Source: an uncultured bacterium
GTDB taxonomy: Bacteria > B130-G9
Assembly (NCBI GenBank): GCA_965372715.1
Contig: CBDVDH010000003.1
Location: 34,495 to 98,494, forward strand
Direction: 5' to 3'
Length of the DNA: 64,000 nt
Of this stretch, positions 27,804 through 38,379 are shown piece by piece. The notes below the pieces were generated by a model, which was not told where the DNA came from, made no database searches, and was given only the letters and a program-made list of their open reading frames with translations. A program made the position numbers and the translations under genes. Each line of letters starts with the position of its first letter. Within the stretch, counting starts at the first letter, position 1.

Positions 27804-28631
27804 TTAGCCGAACCGGCCCGTTATGTAGTCGTTTGTCATTTTGTCGGTTGGGTTGGTGAACAATTCCTTAGTCCGGCCAAGCTCGATCAGCTTGCCCTGG
27901 TAGAAGAAGGCGGTCCAGTCCGAGACCCTGGCCGCCTGCTGCATATTGTGCGTTACAATAACGATCGTGTATTCCTTCCTCAGGTCCCTGATGAGGTCCT
28001 CAATCTTTGAGGTGGCGGTCGGATCGAGCGCGGAAGCAGGCTCATCCATGAGGAGTATCTCGGGGCCGACTGCGAGCGCTCTGGCTATGCACAGCCGTTG
28101 CTGCTGGCCGCCGGACAGGTCAAATGCGCTAGTGTCAAGTCTGTCGTTAACCTCTTTCCACAGCCAAGCGCGTCTGAGGCTCTTCTCCACAATTTCTCTC
28201 AACTTCCTCTTGTCCCGGACACCGTGAATACGAGGTCCGTAGGCCACGTTGTCGAAAATGGACTTGGGGAACGGATTCGATTTCTGGAAGACCATTCCGA
28301 CCTTGCGCCTCAGCCCGACGACATCGCAGCTCTCGGAAAGAACCTCCTGGCCGTCGATGAGAATCGTGCCGCAAGCGCGCACGCCATCGATTTCGTCGTT
28401 CATTCGGTTGATGGTTCTGAGAAAAGTGGATTTGCCGCATCCGGACGGTCCGATGATGGCCGTTACCTTGCCGGGCGGAATATCCATCGATATGTCGAAC
28501 AGAACTTGGCTGTCCTTGTAGAAAAAGTCGAGGTCTCTGACCTTTATTCTGACGTCCCGCGGGACTAGCTCAGATTCGACTTCACCAGCGGAGCTTCTTT
28601 CTAGAACGGCTTCTGAGCACAACTGCGACAA
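27804..28631 (-). CDS. pstB: Phosphate ABC transporter ATP-binding protein PstB
   Basis: Walker [10 protein letters not shown], signature [14 protein letters not shown], Walker [13 protein letters not shown]. PstB-specific N-terminal context. Last gene before phoU. Confidence 0.9.
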   Translation of the reverse strand: MSQLCSEAVLERSSAGEVESELVPRDVRIKVRDLDFFYKDSQVLFDISMDIPPGKVTAIIGPSGCGKSTFLRTINRMNDEIDGVRACGTILIDGQEVLSESCDVVGLRRKVGMVFQKSNPFPKSIFDNVAYGPRIHGVRDKRKLREIVEKSLRRAWLWKEVNDRLDTSAFDLSGGQQQRLCIARALAVGPEILLMDEPASALDPTATSKIEDLIRDLRKEYTIVIVTHNMQQAARVSDWTAFFYQGKLIELGRTKELFTNPTDKMTNDYITGRFG

Positions 28632-29442
28632 GATTCATTCCTAATACGAGCGCAATCAGAACCAGCGCGGTCCCGTATTGCATTGTTTTGGCTTTCTCAG
28701 CGTCAGGATACTGAGTTGCCATGACAAATAGGTGGTATGGCAGCGCCATTACCTGATCAAAGATTGATTGAGGAAGCTTCGGCAAGAAGAAGGCAACGGC
28801 CGTGAACAGAAGAGGCGCTGTCTCCCCAGCCGCCCGGCCTATGCTGAGGATTGACCCAGTGAGAATCCCTGGAAGTGCGAACGGCAGGACATTGTGCCAT
28901 ATCGTCTGCCACTTGGTGGCCCCAAGGGCAAGGCTCGCGTCCCGTAGCGATTTGGGTACAGCTCTTAACGCCTCCTCTGTCGAGACGATAATGATCGGCA
29001 ATATCATCGAGGCCAGCGTCAGGCATCCGGCCGCAAGCGACGTCCCGAAGCCCAACAGTAGCACGAAGACGCCAAGCCCGAACAGGCCGAATACTATGGA
29101 TGGAACGCCCGCCAGCGTTATGATTCCAACACGGATGGCCCTCGTCAGTTTGCTGTCCTTCGCGTATTCCGAAAGGTAGATCGCGCCTCCGACGCCAATG
29201 GGGAACGCGACGAGCATTGTGCCGGCGACCAGATAGAGAGTCCCCACAATGGGAGCGAGTATGCCGCCCTCTACGCCACCACCCCGCGGCGATTCGGTTA
29301 GGAAGCTCCAGGATATGGCGCCTATGCCTCTAACGACGATGTCGAGAACGACGTAGCCTATTGCGGCCACGACAAGATAAGTTATGCCGCGCATGATGTG
29401 AAAAGACGGGTTCTTGAGTATCCGGCTTTTGCTGATTTTCAT
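28582..29442 (-). CDS. pstA: Phosphate ABC transporter permease PstA
   Basis: 6-TM permease with an EAA-like loop. It sits between pstC and pstB. Confidence 0.85.
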   Translation of the reverse strand: MKISKSRILKNPSFHIMRGITYLVVAAIGYVVLDIVVRGIGAISWSFLTESPRGGGVEGGILAPIVGTLYLVAGTMLVAFPIGVGGAIYLSEYAKDSKLTRAIRVGIITLAGVPSIVFGLFGLGVFVLLLGFGTSLAAGCLTLASMILPIIIVSTEEALRAVPKSLRDASLALGATKWQTIWHNVLPFALPGILTGSILSIGRAAGETAPLLFTAVAFFLPKLPQSIFDQVMALPYHLFVMATQYPDAEKAKTMQYGTALVLIALVLGMNLVAVVLRSRSRKKLRW

Positions 29443-30320
29443 TCCGCTATTCTGCTTTTTCGGAGAACATATTGAGCAATCCAGTTTGTCCCGATTGTGA
29501 TGATGAGCAGGATGACACTTATTAGGAATAGGACATGATAATGGACGCCTCCAAAGGCCACTTCGCCCATCTCGGCAGCAATCGTCGCCGTCATTGTCCG
29601 AACGGGATCGAAGACGGACCCGGGTATCTCAATGGCATTGCCGGTCACCATTATGACCGCCATTGTCTCACCGATGACCCGCCCCATGCCCATCAGTGAG
29701 GCAGCGACTAGGCCCGATCGCGCAGCCGGAACTGTTGTCCTGAAGACTGTCTGCGCGGGCGATGCGCCCAGGGCAAGCGAGGCGTCGATGTAGTTTTTGG
29801 GCACGCTCCTTAAAGCGTCCTCCGAGATGGTGATGATTGTCGGCAGAGCCATGAAGGCCAAGAGGAGCGAGCCGGTCAGTGCACAAAGCCCACTGTCAAG
29901 CCCAAACACGCTCTTGACCAATGGAACCATGATCATCAGCCCGAAGAACCCGAGCACGACTGAGGGTATCCCAGCCAAAATCTCGACGGCAGGCTTGAGT
30001 ATCTCCCGCTCGAGCGGGCAGGCTATGTGAGAGATATAGACGGCAGCGCCCAAACCCAGCGGCACCGCGATCAGCGCAGCCAGCAGCGTAACGAATAAGG
30101 AAGATACAAAAAGCGGCGCTATGCCGAACTGCTCTTGCACAAACGATATCGGCCGCCAAATCGTGCTTGTAAAAGAGGAGAGAGGGACCTCCCAAAGAGC
30201 AGGGAGACCCTCCCTCACAAGCGAGATTAGGATCGCTGTAACTAACAGAACTGAGGCCGAGGCGCAGACCAAGAGGCCCGGTCTGACCCACCAGTCTGCG
30301 CCTTGCTTATTGGTCTTCAT
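29439..30320 (-). CDS. pstC: Phosphate ABC transporter permease PstC
   Basis: 6-TM permease with an EAA-like motif ([20 protein letters not shown]). It follows pstS. Confidence 0.85.
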   Translation of the reverse strand: MKTNKQGADWWVRPGLLVCASASVLLVTAILISLVREGLPALWEVPLSSFTSTIWRPISFVQEQFGIAPLFVSSLFVTLLAALIAVPLGLGAAVYISHIACPLEREILKPAVEILAGIPSVVLGFFGLMIMVPLVKSVFGLDSGLCALTGSLLLAFMALPTIITISEDALRSVPKNYIDASLALGASPAQTVFRTTVPAARSGLVAASLMGMGRVIGETMAVIMVTGNAIEIPGSVFDPVRTMTATIAAEMGEVAFGGVHYHVLFLISVILLIITIGTNWIAQYVLRKSRIAE

Positions 30321-31201
30321 TACTTCCCGAGGGGAACGAATCTCATCTTCTCGACGATCTTCTGCCCGTCAGGGCTCTTCACAAAAAGCAGGAACTTGCC
30401 GGCCGCGCCGGTCGGCTGACCATTAGTGTACATGAGAAGCGGTCTGGAGATGGGATAGTCCCCGTTTGCCACGGTCGCAACCGAAGGTGTTACCGCAGAA
30501 GCTTTCTCGGACTTCTTAACCTTTATCATCTTCACGTCGGACGTAAGCGCGTATCCCAACCCGATGTAGCCGATGCTAAAGCGGTCTTGTGTTACGGAGT
30601 TTGCAATGGCTGCGTTGGACGGAAGCATTCTCGCGCTGGTGGTGTAGTCGTCCTTCATCAGCACGTGCTCCTGGAAATAGAGATACGTCCCGGAGGAAGT
30701 GTCTCGTGTCAGCACGCCAATCCTCTTGTTGGGGCCGCCCACCTGACGCCAGTTAGTGTAGCTGCCGTTGAATATCCTTCGTATCTGCTCGAGTGTCAAC
30801 GCGCCCACAGGGTTCTTCTTGTTGACAACGACCGAGATGCCGTCGTAGGCAACAATGTGCTCAACCGGCGTGATGCCGAGCTGGGCCGCCCTGTCCTTCT
30901 CCTTCTGCTTCCAGCGCCTCGAGCAGTTTGCGATGTCGCAAGTACCGTTAAGCATGGCGGCAATCCCTGTGCCTGAGCCGCCGCCGGTCACCGAGATGGA
31001 GACATCAGGCCGCTGCTTCATATACTCCTCCGCCCAAGCACTGGCGAGATTGACGATTGTGTCCGAGCCCTTCACAACCACGTGCTGGCTCTGCTGCCCA
31101 ATCGCCGGCGTCGCCAACTGAGCAACCGTCAGCAGCAGCGCTAGCGCCCCGACCGTTGCGATTGTCCTGAACCTGTCGAAAACTCTGCGTTTGGCGTGCA
31201 T
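30320..31201 (-). CDS. pstS: Phosphate-binding periplasmic protein PstS
   Basis: Signal peptide. PBP-like_2 motifs (SISVTGGGSGTGIAAM ; TRDTSSGT). Confidence 0.8.
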   Translation of the reverse strand: MHAKRRVFDRFRTIATVGALALLLTVAQLATPAIGQQSQHVVVKGSDTIVNLASAWAEEYMKQRPDVSISVTGGGSGTGIAAMLNGTCDIANCSRRWKQKEKDRAAQLGITPVEHIVAYDGISVVVNKKNPVGALTLEQIRRIFNGSYTNWRQVGGPNKRIGVLTRDTSSGTYLYFQEHVLMKDDYTTSARMLPSNAAIANSVTQDRFSIGYIGLGYALTSDVKMIKVKKSEKASAVTPSVATVANGDYPISRPLLMYTNGQPTGAAGKFLLFVKSPDGQKIVEKMRFVPLGK

Positions 31202-31350
31202 TGCTCTCCTCTCAGCTTGTTAGTTAGCTTTTGCCAAACATGCCGGCCCGTTATCGGGCCTTCTCAATTCCGAAGACACAATGAGGCCCGTGATTTAACC
31301 GCGCATGACCGTTGCGCAAAGATTTGGTTAAGCCGTAAGGTTTGGAGGGT

Positions 31351-33120
31351 CTATTCTGCCGGCAGGATGATTGTGAACGTGGAGCCTTGTCCGGGCTGGC
31401 TCTCGACGGAGACGCTGCCGCCGTGTGAGGTAACGATGTGCTTGACGATGGAGAGGCCGAGGCCCGTTCCGCCGAGCTCGCGTGAGCGTGCTCTATCGAC
31501 CCGATAAAAGCGCTCGAAGATGCGCTTCTGGTGCCGCTTCTCTATCCCAATACCGTCATCTGTCACGTTGAGAATCGCCATGTTGCCCTTGAGACAAACC
31601 TCGATGGCGATATGACCGCCTTCACCGGTGTATTTGACCGCGTTATCTACGAGGTTCGCAATCGCGTGCTCTAGCAGGGACTCATTAGCCGTAACGTTGA
31701 CCGGGCGCTCGGGCGCATCGAGGCGGATTTCTATCCCCTTGCTGGAGGCGATATCCGCGAAGTTAGACCTTACGCGCTCGGCGACGGAGACAACATCAAT
31801 CAATGACACACTATTCTTATCTTGCCCCGCCTCCAACGCGGCCAGCTGCAATAAGTCATCTATCATGGCGTTCATGCGGTCTGCATGTTCTTTGACGGTC
31901 GAGAGGAACTCCGGCAGTTTCTTGGTGTCGTGCAGAGCACCATCAAGGAGCGTCTCGACGTAGCCCTTGACGAGAGTTATCGGCGTCTTCAGCTCGTGGG
32001 ACACATTCGCGACGAAGCTCTTCCTCACCTCCTCAAGTCGCCGCATTTTGGTCACGTCGCGGGCAACTATGAGGCTGCCGACTCTGTTGCCATTGCCTCC
32101 TATGAGAGGAACCGCATGGAGGCTCAGAACCCGATAACCTGCCCCGTGAAGAGCCAGCTCGGTCTCCGACGGGCCCGCTGCTGCCTGAGCTTCCTTGACG
32201 AATTGGGCAAGTTCAGCGTTGCGAACCGACTCGATGAGCGTCCTCCCCTCGACGCTCTCTCGCTCGGCCCCTATCATCTCTTTGAACGCGTCATTCGCCA
32301 GCAATACCTTCCCGGTTGTGTGGACGGTGATAACTCCCTCCTTCATACTGGCTAGAATGGCCTCTCTCTCATTCCGCTCAGCTGCGAGCGCTTGAACATT
32401 TGCCTCTAGGTTGTCCGCCATTTCGTTGAATGCTCTGGACAACATGCCGAGCTCATCATCGGTTGAGACCTGCACTCTCACGTCCAATTCGCCTCTGCCA
32501 AGCCTTCCGGCTGCACTGCCTAGCGCCTCAAGAGGTTTAGCTATCGCGCGAGCGAGAAGGCCGCTTACAACTAATGCAAGTGCTGCCGCAATCAGCGCCC
32601 CCACGCCCAGCGCAGCATAGACCGTCCACAGCTGTTCGGTGACCTCATCCTCTGGAACTGCGACTCGCACTACGCCAACCGGCTCATTCTCGGAAGGCAC
32701 AGGTATGGCAACGTAGAACGTGCGCTTCCGAAGGGTCTTGCTGAAGCGGACGTTTTTGCCCAGCCCAGTCTCGAGCGCCCCTACAACCTCGGGACGAGAG
32801 CCGTGATTGTCCATCGTCCCGGGGTCTGCAAGAGAATCGCCCAGGACAACACCGCTGCGGTTCATTATGGTGATCCTGGTTCCCGTGGTCCGGCCTATTT
32901 GTTTGCAGACTACGTCGGTCTCTATGGGCCTTCTATCTTGGGCGATCAGGAGAAATCTCTGCGAGGCGAGCTCGGCCTGAACAACGATGTCGGCCTCGAG
33001 CTTCGAGAGAAAATAGTCCCTCAGCGAGACACCCGCATATATGGCTACCGCACAAACGCAGATTACAATGACCGTCACGTATGAGACGTAGAGCGTGCTA
33101 TAAAGACGCTTCATCTTCAC
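31351..33120 (-). CDS. phoR: Phosphate regulon sensor histidine kinase PhoR-like (TM-HAMP-PAS-HisKA-HATPase_c)
   Basis: H-box SHELKTP. N, G1 and G2 boxes (NLVDNAVKY ; DDGIGI ; GGTGLGLSIV). It is translationally coupled to phoB. Confidence 0.8.
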   Translation of the reverse strand: MKMKRLYSTLYVSYVTVIVICVCAVAIYAGVSLRDYFLSKLEADIVVQAELASQRFLLIAQDRRPIETDVVCKQIGRTTGTRITIMNRSGVVLGDSLADPGTMDNHGSRPEVVGALETGLGKNVRFSKTLRKRTFYVAIPVPSENEPVGVVRVAVPEDEVTEQLWTVYAALGVGALIAAALALVVSGLLARAIAKPLEALGSAAGRLGRGELDVRVQVSTDDELGMLSRAFNEMADNLEANVQALAAERNEREAILASMKEGVITVHTTGKVLLANDAFKEMIGAERESVEGRTLIESVRNAELAQFVKEAQAAAGPSETELALHGAGYRVLSLHAVPLIGGNGNRVGSLIVARDVTKMRRLEEVRKSFVANVSHELKTPITLVKGYVETLLDGALHDTKKLPEFLSTVKEHADRMNAMIDDLLQLAALEAGQDKNSVSLIDVVSVAERVRSNFADIASSKGIEIRLDAPERPVNVTANESLLEHAIANLVDNAVKYTGEGGHIAIEVCLKGNMAILNVTDDGIGIEKRHQKRIFERFYRVDRARSRELGGTGLGLSIVKHIVTSHGGSVSVESQPGQGSTFTIILPAE

Positions 33121-33811
33121 CCGACGGATACTTGAACTTGTATCCCACGCCGCGAACTGTCTCTATCAGCGACCCGTAGGACCCCAGTTTTTTGCGAAGC
33201 GCAGCAATATGAACGTCAACCGTTCTGTCGATGACAATCACGTCTTCACCACGAACAGCATCGACGATCTTGTAGCGGTCGTACACCCTACCCCGTCCGC
33301 GCATCAGGAACTCAAGAATCTTGAACTCTGTCACCGTCAACGCCAGTACCTTGCCGTCTGCCCTCGCCTCATACCGCTCGGTGTCAACCGAGAGCCCTGA
33401 TGCCTTGAGCACCTTGCTCGAATCACCAGCAAGCGCCGCCTTCCGGCGGAGAATGGCCCTCACGCGCGAAATCAGGACCCTCGGGCTGAAAGGTTTTGTG
33501 ACGTAATCGTCCGCGCCAAGCTCCAGGCCAAGGACTACATCCGCCTCCTCTGTTCTGGCAGTAAGCATGATTATTGGTATCCCGGCAGTGGCATCAGAGG
33601 CCTTGAGCTGCTTGCACACGTCAACGCCGTCAATCCCTGGAAGCATCAGGTCCAAAATGACGAGGTCGGGCCGGCGCCTCCCTGCTGTGGAAAACGCCGC
33701 CTCCCCGTCATACTCTCGAAGAACAGTATAGCCCGCCCGCGTTAGGTTATAGTCAATGAGCTCGACAATATCCCTCTCGTCATCTACCACCAAGATCGTC
33801 TTCTTGCTCAT
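33098..33811 (-). CDS. phoB: OmpR-family response regulator, PhoB-like
   Basis: Receiver domain with D..D...K (ILVVDDE ; LVILDLMLPGIDG ; K). C-terminal winged helix (trans_reg_C: VDVHIAALRKKL). Confidence 0.85.
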   Translation of the reverse strand: MSKKTILVVDDERDIVELIDYNLTRAGYTVLREYDGEAAFSTAGRRRPDLVILDLMLPGIDGVDVCKQLKASDATAGIPIIMLTARTEEADVVLGLELGADDYVTKPFSPRVLISRVRAILRRKAALAGDSSKVLKASGLSVDTERYEARADGKVLALTVTEFKILEFLMRGRGRVYDRYKIVDAVRGEDVIVIDRTVDVHIAALRKKLGSYGSLIETVRGVGYKFKYPSGEDEASL

Positions 33812-33880
33812 AACCGTTCAACTTACCAGATCAATCGTTGCCTTCAAGGACGGTTGCTGGCCGATCACGTCTCTGACCAA

Positions 33881-35074
33881 TCAGAACTTGACCTTCAGGT
33901 CTGCTTGAATCGTGAAGTGGTCGTGACTTCTCTGCGCCTGGAGAATGTCCTTGGGCTCAGTCAGAAGGCCAGTGAGGTGCAGGGATGCCTTCTTGAACGG
34001 CTGATAGCCGATGCTCAGTTTGTGCCCTTTTCGATTGGCATGGCCGAAGTCAGAGTCGCAGAAGTCGCCTGGCACCGCATTGGCCTCAATATAGGCATAC
34101 TTGTATTTGATCTCCCAATCGTGTTTCTTCTTACACTTGCCGATATTCAGATGAGCCGCCAAAGCAGTATCTTTGCCCTCGAACTCCGACGCTCCTTTGG
34201 AATCATCGGTTGTGTTAATGGCGTAATCCAGCACAACCTTTACAGGGATGTCACCAAGTTTGGCGCCAAGCTCAGCGACTACGTCAAAGACGTTAAAATC
34301 ACCGGCCGCCAGAACTCCATCCGCATCGACTGCGTTGCCATGAGATCCTCTGAAGCTTCTCTCATACTCGTCGAAGTCATAACATGTCGCCGCAAGGGTG
34401 GCTGAGAATGAATCCCCGTTGAAGCTCACCCCTGTCTGACAGGCGAGCATCCCGGTGTCATGATCTGTATCCATTTTATTCTCATCGAGAAACATCTCCG
34501 CTAGTGTGACGAAGGAAGTAAAGGCTCCGTTGTTCCATTCGTAGCTCTGATACAGACCGTCCATGTTGACGTCGGAATCCCAGATGATGTCCGTGTGAAT
34601 AAACGGATTCTTCACCTTGCCGCCTGCCAGTCTGAGACCCGGCGCCTCTGGCGGAGTATATTCAACATATCCGAGGTCAATCCAAACCGCCTTCTTGTTG
34701 TAATGAGCCTCTAGGGTCTGATTTGTGGAAGTTGGATCATCGCTGGAGCCGCTAGCCAATCTGAATCCGACCTTCAGCCCTTCATCTTCGTGTTCCTTCG
34801 TGAAACCGAACCTCAGGCGGAATCTGCCTCTATGCCTATCATTCTCCCGTTCCTTGTCGTCGGCGTCGGTGTATTCCCACCATTCGCCCTGGTAGCGGAG
34901 ACGGAAGTCGGCCTTGAACTTCAATCCTCGAAGCCACGTGAGACCGTGATCCTTGAGCCATTGGTCCATTGCGCCATCGTCGGGCTCACCGGCCCAAACA
35001 ATACCTGAAGACAACGCAGCTCCTCCAATCAGCAAGGCAACTGCGACAACTATAAGATGTCTGCTCCTATACAT
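33881..35074 (-). CDS. Outer-membrane beta-barrel porin, probably a phosphate-selective (OprO/P-like) porin of the Pho regulon
   Basis: Signal peptide. Alternating amphipathic beta-strands and a C-terminal aromatic residue (…LKVKF). Directly upstream of the phoB-phoR-pstSCAB-phoU block. Confidence 0.5.
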   Translation of the reverse strand: MYRSRHLIVVAVALLIGGAALSSGIVWAGEPDDGAMDQWLKDHGLTWLRGLKFKADFRLRYQGEWWEYTDADDKERENDRHRGRFRLRFGFTKEHEDEGLKVGFRLASGSSDDPTSTNQTLEAHYNKKAVWIDLGYVEYTPPEAPGLRLAGGKVKNPFIHTDIIWDSDVNMDGLYQSYEWNNGAFTSFVTLAEMFLDENKMDTDHDTGMLACQTGVSFNGDSFSATLAATCYDFDEYERSFRGSHGNAVDADGVLAAGDFNVFDVVAELGAKLGDIPVKVVLDYAINTTDDSKGASEFEGKDTALAAHLNIGKCKKKHDWEIKYKYAYIEANAVPGDFCDSDFGHANRKGHKLSIGYQPFKKASLHLTGLLTEPKDILQAQRSHDHFTIQADLKVKF

Positions 35075-35328
35075 TGAGCGTCTTACTCCTTTCGATCATT
35101 AGATGTTCGTCGTGCAAATCAGCCAAACACACTCATCGCCGCCTTTACTCGCCCACTCGTTCCCTCCTCTTGAAATGTTCTGATACGTTCAACCAACCGC
35201 AGTAGGCGCATACTGATGCACACCATGGGTCAGGTATGCGAGGTGGGTATTTGCGGAACATCAAGATATGGTAAATTCGTTCGCTCGGGCGCGATGGGCT
35301 ATCGGGTCAACACAAATATGAGAATGCT

Positions 35329-36279
35329 ATGTCAGAGAATATGCTCGAGGCAGACCGACTCACGAAACACTTCTGGTTGAAGAGATCGGCGCTCTCCAGA
35401 GCGAAGCTAACTGCTGTGGATGACGTCTCGTTCTCAGTTCGGGAGGGGGAGACGTTTGCTCTCGTGGGCGAGTCTGGCTCAGGGAAGACGACGCTGGCCA
35501 TGTTGATGACCCGACTTCTTAACCCAGATGGGGGCACGGTTTGTTTCGAGGGCAAGGATGTCTTCTCCCTCGACAGGAAAGAGCTCTTAGCCTTCAGACG
35601 GTCTGTCCAGATGATATTCCAGGACCCATTCGCCTCGCTCGACCCCAGGATGAGGGTCGGGCAGATAGTCGCTGAGGGCATGCGAATACACCGACTCGGA
35701 GGCAGGGAGGAGCAGCGCAACCGCGTGGGTGAGCTATTGCACGTCGTCGGTCTTCCTACTGACGCTAAGGACAAGTTCCCACACGAGTTCTCCGGCGGTC
35801 AACGTCAGCGCATTGGCATCGCCCGAGCCCTCGCGGTTAAACCCAGATTGATCGTCGCGGACGAACCCGTCTCGGCGCTCGACGTCTCTGTTCAGGCCAA
35901 GATCCTGAATCTGTTAGTCGAGCTCAAAGCGAAGAGGCGCCTGACCTACGTAATCATCGCCCACAACATGCGAATCGTCGGCCAGATGGCGGATACGATT
36001 GCTGTCATGTATCTCGGGAGGCTTTTGGAGATTGCACCCGCACAGGAGCTCTTCGTGAGCCCGATGCACCCATACACGAAGCTTCTCCTCGCGTCGATCC
36101 CCTCGCTTGGAAGAGCTCCCACGCAGCCCGCCGCCGTCTCCCGGCGCCTACTGGATCCGGGCGGGTCAGGCTGCCAGTTCCGCGAGCGCTGTGCCGAGGC
36201 GCTGCCCCTATGCCAGAAGACCGAACCCGAACTCAAGAGCATCGGCGAAGGGCGACTCGTGGCCTGCCACCAGTTCTGA
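35329..36279 (+). CDS. ABC transporter ATP-binding protein (Opp/Dpp F-type with C-terminal oligopeptide-type extension), orphan
   Basis: Walker A GESGSGKTT, signature FSGGQRQRIGIARAL, Walker B LIVADEPVSALD. No adjacent permease genes. Confidence 0.85.
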   Translation: MSENMLEADRLTKHFWLKRSALSRAKLTAVDDVSFSVREGETFALVGESGSGKTTLAMLMTRLLNPDGGTVCFEGKDVFSLDRKELLAFRRSVQMIFQDPFASLDPRMRVGQIVAEGMRIHRLGGREEQRNRVGELLHVVGLPTDAKDKFPHEFSGGQRQRIGIARALAVKPRLIVADEPVSALDVSVQAKILNLLVELKAKRRLTYVIIAHNMRIVGQMADTIAVMYLGRLLEIAPAQELFVSPMHPYTKLLLASIPSLGRAPTQPAAVSRRLLDPGGSGCQFRERCAEALPLCQKTEPELKSIGEGRLVACHQF

Positions 36280-36470
36280 CGAGGCTGCAAGGGCCCTCAC
36301 AAGTCGCCTCGATCCCAATACTACCCGCGTAGGCCGCGTTATCCGTGACCGCAGGGGGGCATCGTGTGCCGCGTGAGGGCTTGTCCTTGGCAGCCTGCGA
36401 ACGCCGTCCCGTGTCCGTAAGTGTCCCCACTGCGGGCCAAAATCGCGCCCGAGGGTAGCTGGGCCGAATC

Positions 36471-37532
36471 CTATATGCCCAGGGTCTTTCTGTCCCTCTC
36501 GACCGTTTCTTGAGTTTCTTCTACAACCTCGAGAAAGGTCTCTCTGTCAAGCTCAAGAAAGGCGCTGGAATCGAGTTCGAGTATGTCCGCCTCGCTTTGG
36601 GGTTGCTTGTCGGGATGTGTCGAGAGGTGATAGGAAATCGCGTCCGAAACTCGAGCCAAGTGCGAAAGAATAGGCTCCTTCTTGTTGGCATTTGGGTTAT
36701 GATGGTGGAGAATCGCCTGCTCCAACACATCCGGGAAGTTCCATTTGTGGCAGAGAATCGCGCCCAGCTCGGAGTGGCTTATGCCAAGTACTCTCTGCTC
36801 AATCTCCTCGAAGGTCAGCTCGCCACTTTTCTTGAGAGCTATTAGATTGCGCACAGCTCCAGGGAGCTTGGTTTCGATGATGTTTTTTCCGATATCGTGG
36901 AGAAGGCCTACGATAAAGGCTTCTTCCACGAGTTGTTTCTTCTTTCGCTTAGCCAAGAGGCGGGCTGCGATGCCGGTTTCCACTGAATGCGCCCATAAGG
37001 TCTTGCCGGCGGCGGAGTAGCCGCGGACGCCGGACGAGTGCATACTCTTGACGGATGATGCGATGACGATCGTTTTGACTGTCGAGAAGCCCAATAGCAC
37101 GAGTGCGTCCGTCATGCTCGTTATCTGGCCGGCTCGTCCGTAAAGAGCAGAATTCGAGTACTTGAGCACCTTGGAGGCCACCGCTGAGTCCTTTAGGATC
37201 ACGTCTTCCATCTGCTTCATGGTGGTAGTCGGCAAAGCGGTGAGTTCCATGAGTTTGGTGGCAACGAATGGCAGGCTGGGAAGCTCCTTGACCTGCGTGA
37301 GCATCTTTCTTGCGTCATCCAGGCTTGCTGGGCTGCCTCCTTTTGCAGTGGCTCTGGGAGCCGCCGCGGCGGCCGTACTCACTGGTTTAATTCCGGAGGC
37401 GCCTGCGGCAGATACGCATACTAAGTGGCCTATTCTGCATTTTATGCACTTGAACTTGACTTTGGGGTTCGGAGTAATCTTGCTGGGGTCAGCTTTGAAT
37501 TCTATGCCGCAATGGTTACATTTGAAAAGCAT
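36471..37532 (-). CDS. Zinc-ribbon (MJ0042-type) + HDOD domain signalling protein
   Basis: N-terminal CxxC...CxxC (FKCNHCG...KFKCIKCR). The C-terminal HDOD domain has an HD-like motif (LLHDIGK). Confidence 0.6.
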   Translation of the reverse strand: MLFKCNHCGIEFKADPSKITPNPKVKFKCIKCRIGHLVCVSAAGASGIKPVSTAAAAAPRATAKGGSPASLDDARKMLTQVKELPSLPFVATKLMELTALPTTTMKQMEDVILKDSAVASKVLKYSNSALYGRAGQITSMTDALVLLGFSTVKTIVIASSVKSMHSSGVRGYSAAGKTLWAHSVETGIAARLLAKRKKKQLVEEAFIVGLLHDIGKNIIETKLPGAVRNLIALKKSGELTFEEIEQRVLGISHSELGAILCHKWNFPDVLEQAILHHHNPNANKKEPILSHLARVSDAISYHLSTHPDKQPQSEADILELDSSAFLELDRETFLEVVEETQETVERDRKTLGI

Positions 37533-37597
37533 TGTTTCTCCGTCCAGACTGTTTCTTGTCCATTATCAGCCGCTCGCTGAAAACACCTGAGAAGGAT

Positions 37598-38377
37598 TTA
37601 GAAGCCCTGCAACTCTGATAACAGCCCTATCTTCTCGGTCAAATCTTGTCCTAAGAGCTCGAAATGCCGATGAACGTGCCTCATCAGCGTCGGCTTCTTT
37701 TCAGCAACGTAATCCGCTATTGCCTTATCGGAAACCGGAAGCGAGACCTTAAAAAGCGACTCTCTCAGGAAAGTTAAAGCGTCTCCGTAGAAGCAGACTG
37801 GCTGCGTTCCGAGGTCCCGGCCCGCAACCTTGCGGCCCGTGCTGATACCCAGCTCCCTGAGCGCCTCGCGTTCATGCTCTCTGTCCTTGATCTTTACGAC
37901 CGGGTTAGAATAGCGAATACCAAAGGCCTCGTGCAACTGCCGATATCCCTCCAGCGTTACCGCAGCCTGGTCGGACATCCATTCGGTGGCGCCTGACGCG
38001 CCATCCGCGATGTTGGGTATCCCGTGCTCGAGACAATAAATCGCCCCTACTGTGTGCATCACGAGCTTGCAGCCAACGCAAATCACGAAGAGCCCCTTAT
38101 ACCTCAAAATGTCTCGGACGAGGGTGCGAAGGACAACCTGCCTGAAAAGCCCTTTTACAGAGATGATCGTGTGGGCGAACCTGTTCGCGTCAAGGCGGCC
38201 TTTCAGTTCCTCAAATCGCCTCGCGGTTCTCTCGATCTTGGTGTGGCCATAGCCCCTTGAAATCGAGAGAAGATGAACCTTCTCAAAGTCCTTCAAAAGA
38301 ACCGTCGCGGCAAGAGTGGAATCAAGCCCTCCCGAAAACAGAAGCACGACGGAGCTGTCTGATGCCATCTCATTCAT
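37598..38377 (-). CDS. PP-loop ATP-pyrophosphatase superfamily protein with conserved CxxC...C; paralog 3
   Basis: LLFSGGLDSTLAATVL, VHLLSISRGYGH, FVICVGCKLVMH, GTQPVCFYGD. The ATG at 38375-38377 (MNEMASD) abuts the ksgA stop (38380-38382). The longer ORF to 38419 would overlap ksgA. Confidence 0.65.
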   Translation of the reverse strand: MNEMASDSSVVLLFSGGLDSTLAATVLLKDFEKVHLLSISRGYGHTKIERTARRFEELKGRLDANRFAHTIISVKGLFRQVVLRTLVRDILRYKGLFVICVGCKLVMHTVGAIYCLEHGIPNIADGASGATEWMSDQAAVTLEGYRQLHEAFGIRYSNPVVKIKDREHEREALRELGISTGRKVAGRDLGTQPVCFYGDALTFLRESLFKVSLPVSDKAIADYVAEKKPTLMRHVHRHFELLGQDLTEKIGLLSELQGF

Positions 38378-38379
38378 TC

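Noticed and set aside
31202-31350. Canonical enterobacterial Pho box (CTGTCATA-N3-CTGTCAT) upstream of pstS or the porin.
   Set aside because: No match to the E. coli consensus. Only loose TTAAC/TTAAA direct repeats are present. Left as a low-confidence note inside the Pho finding.
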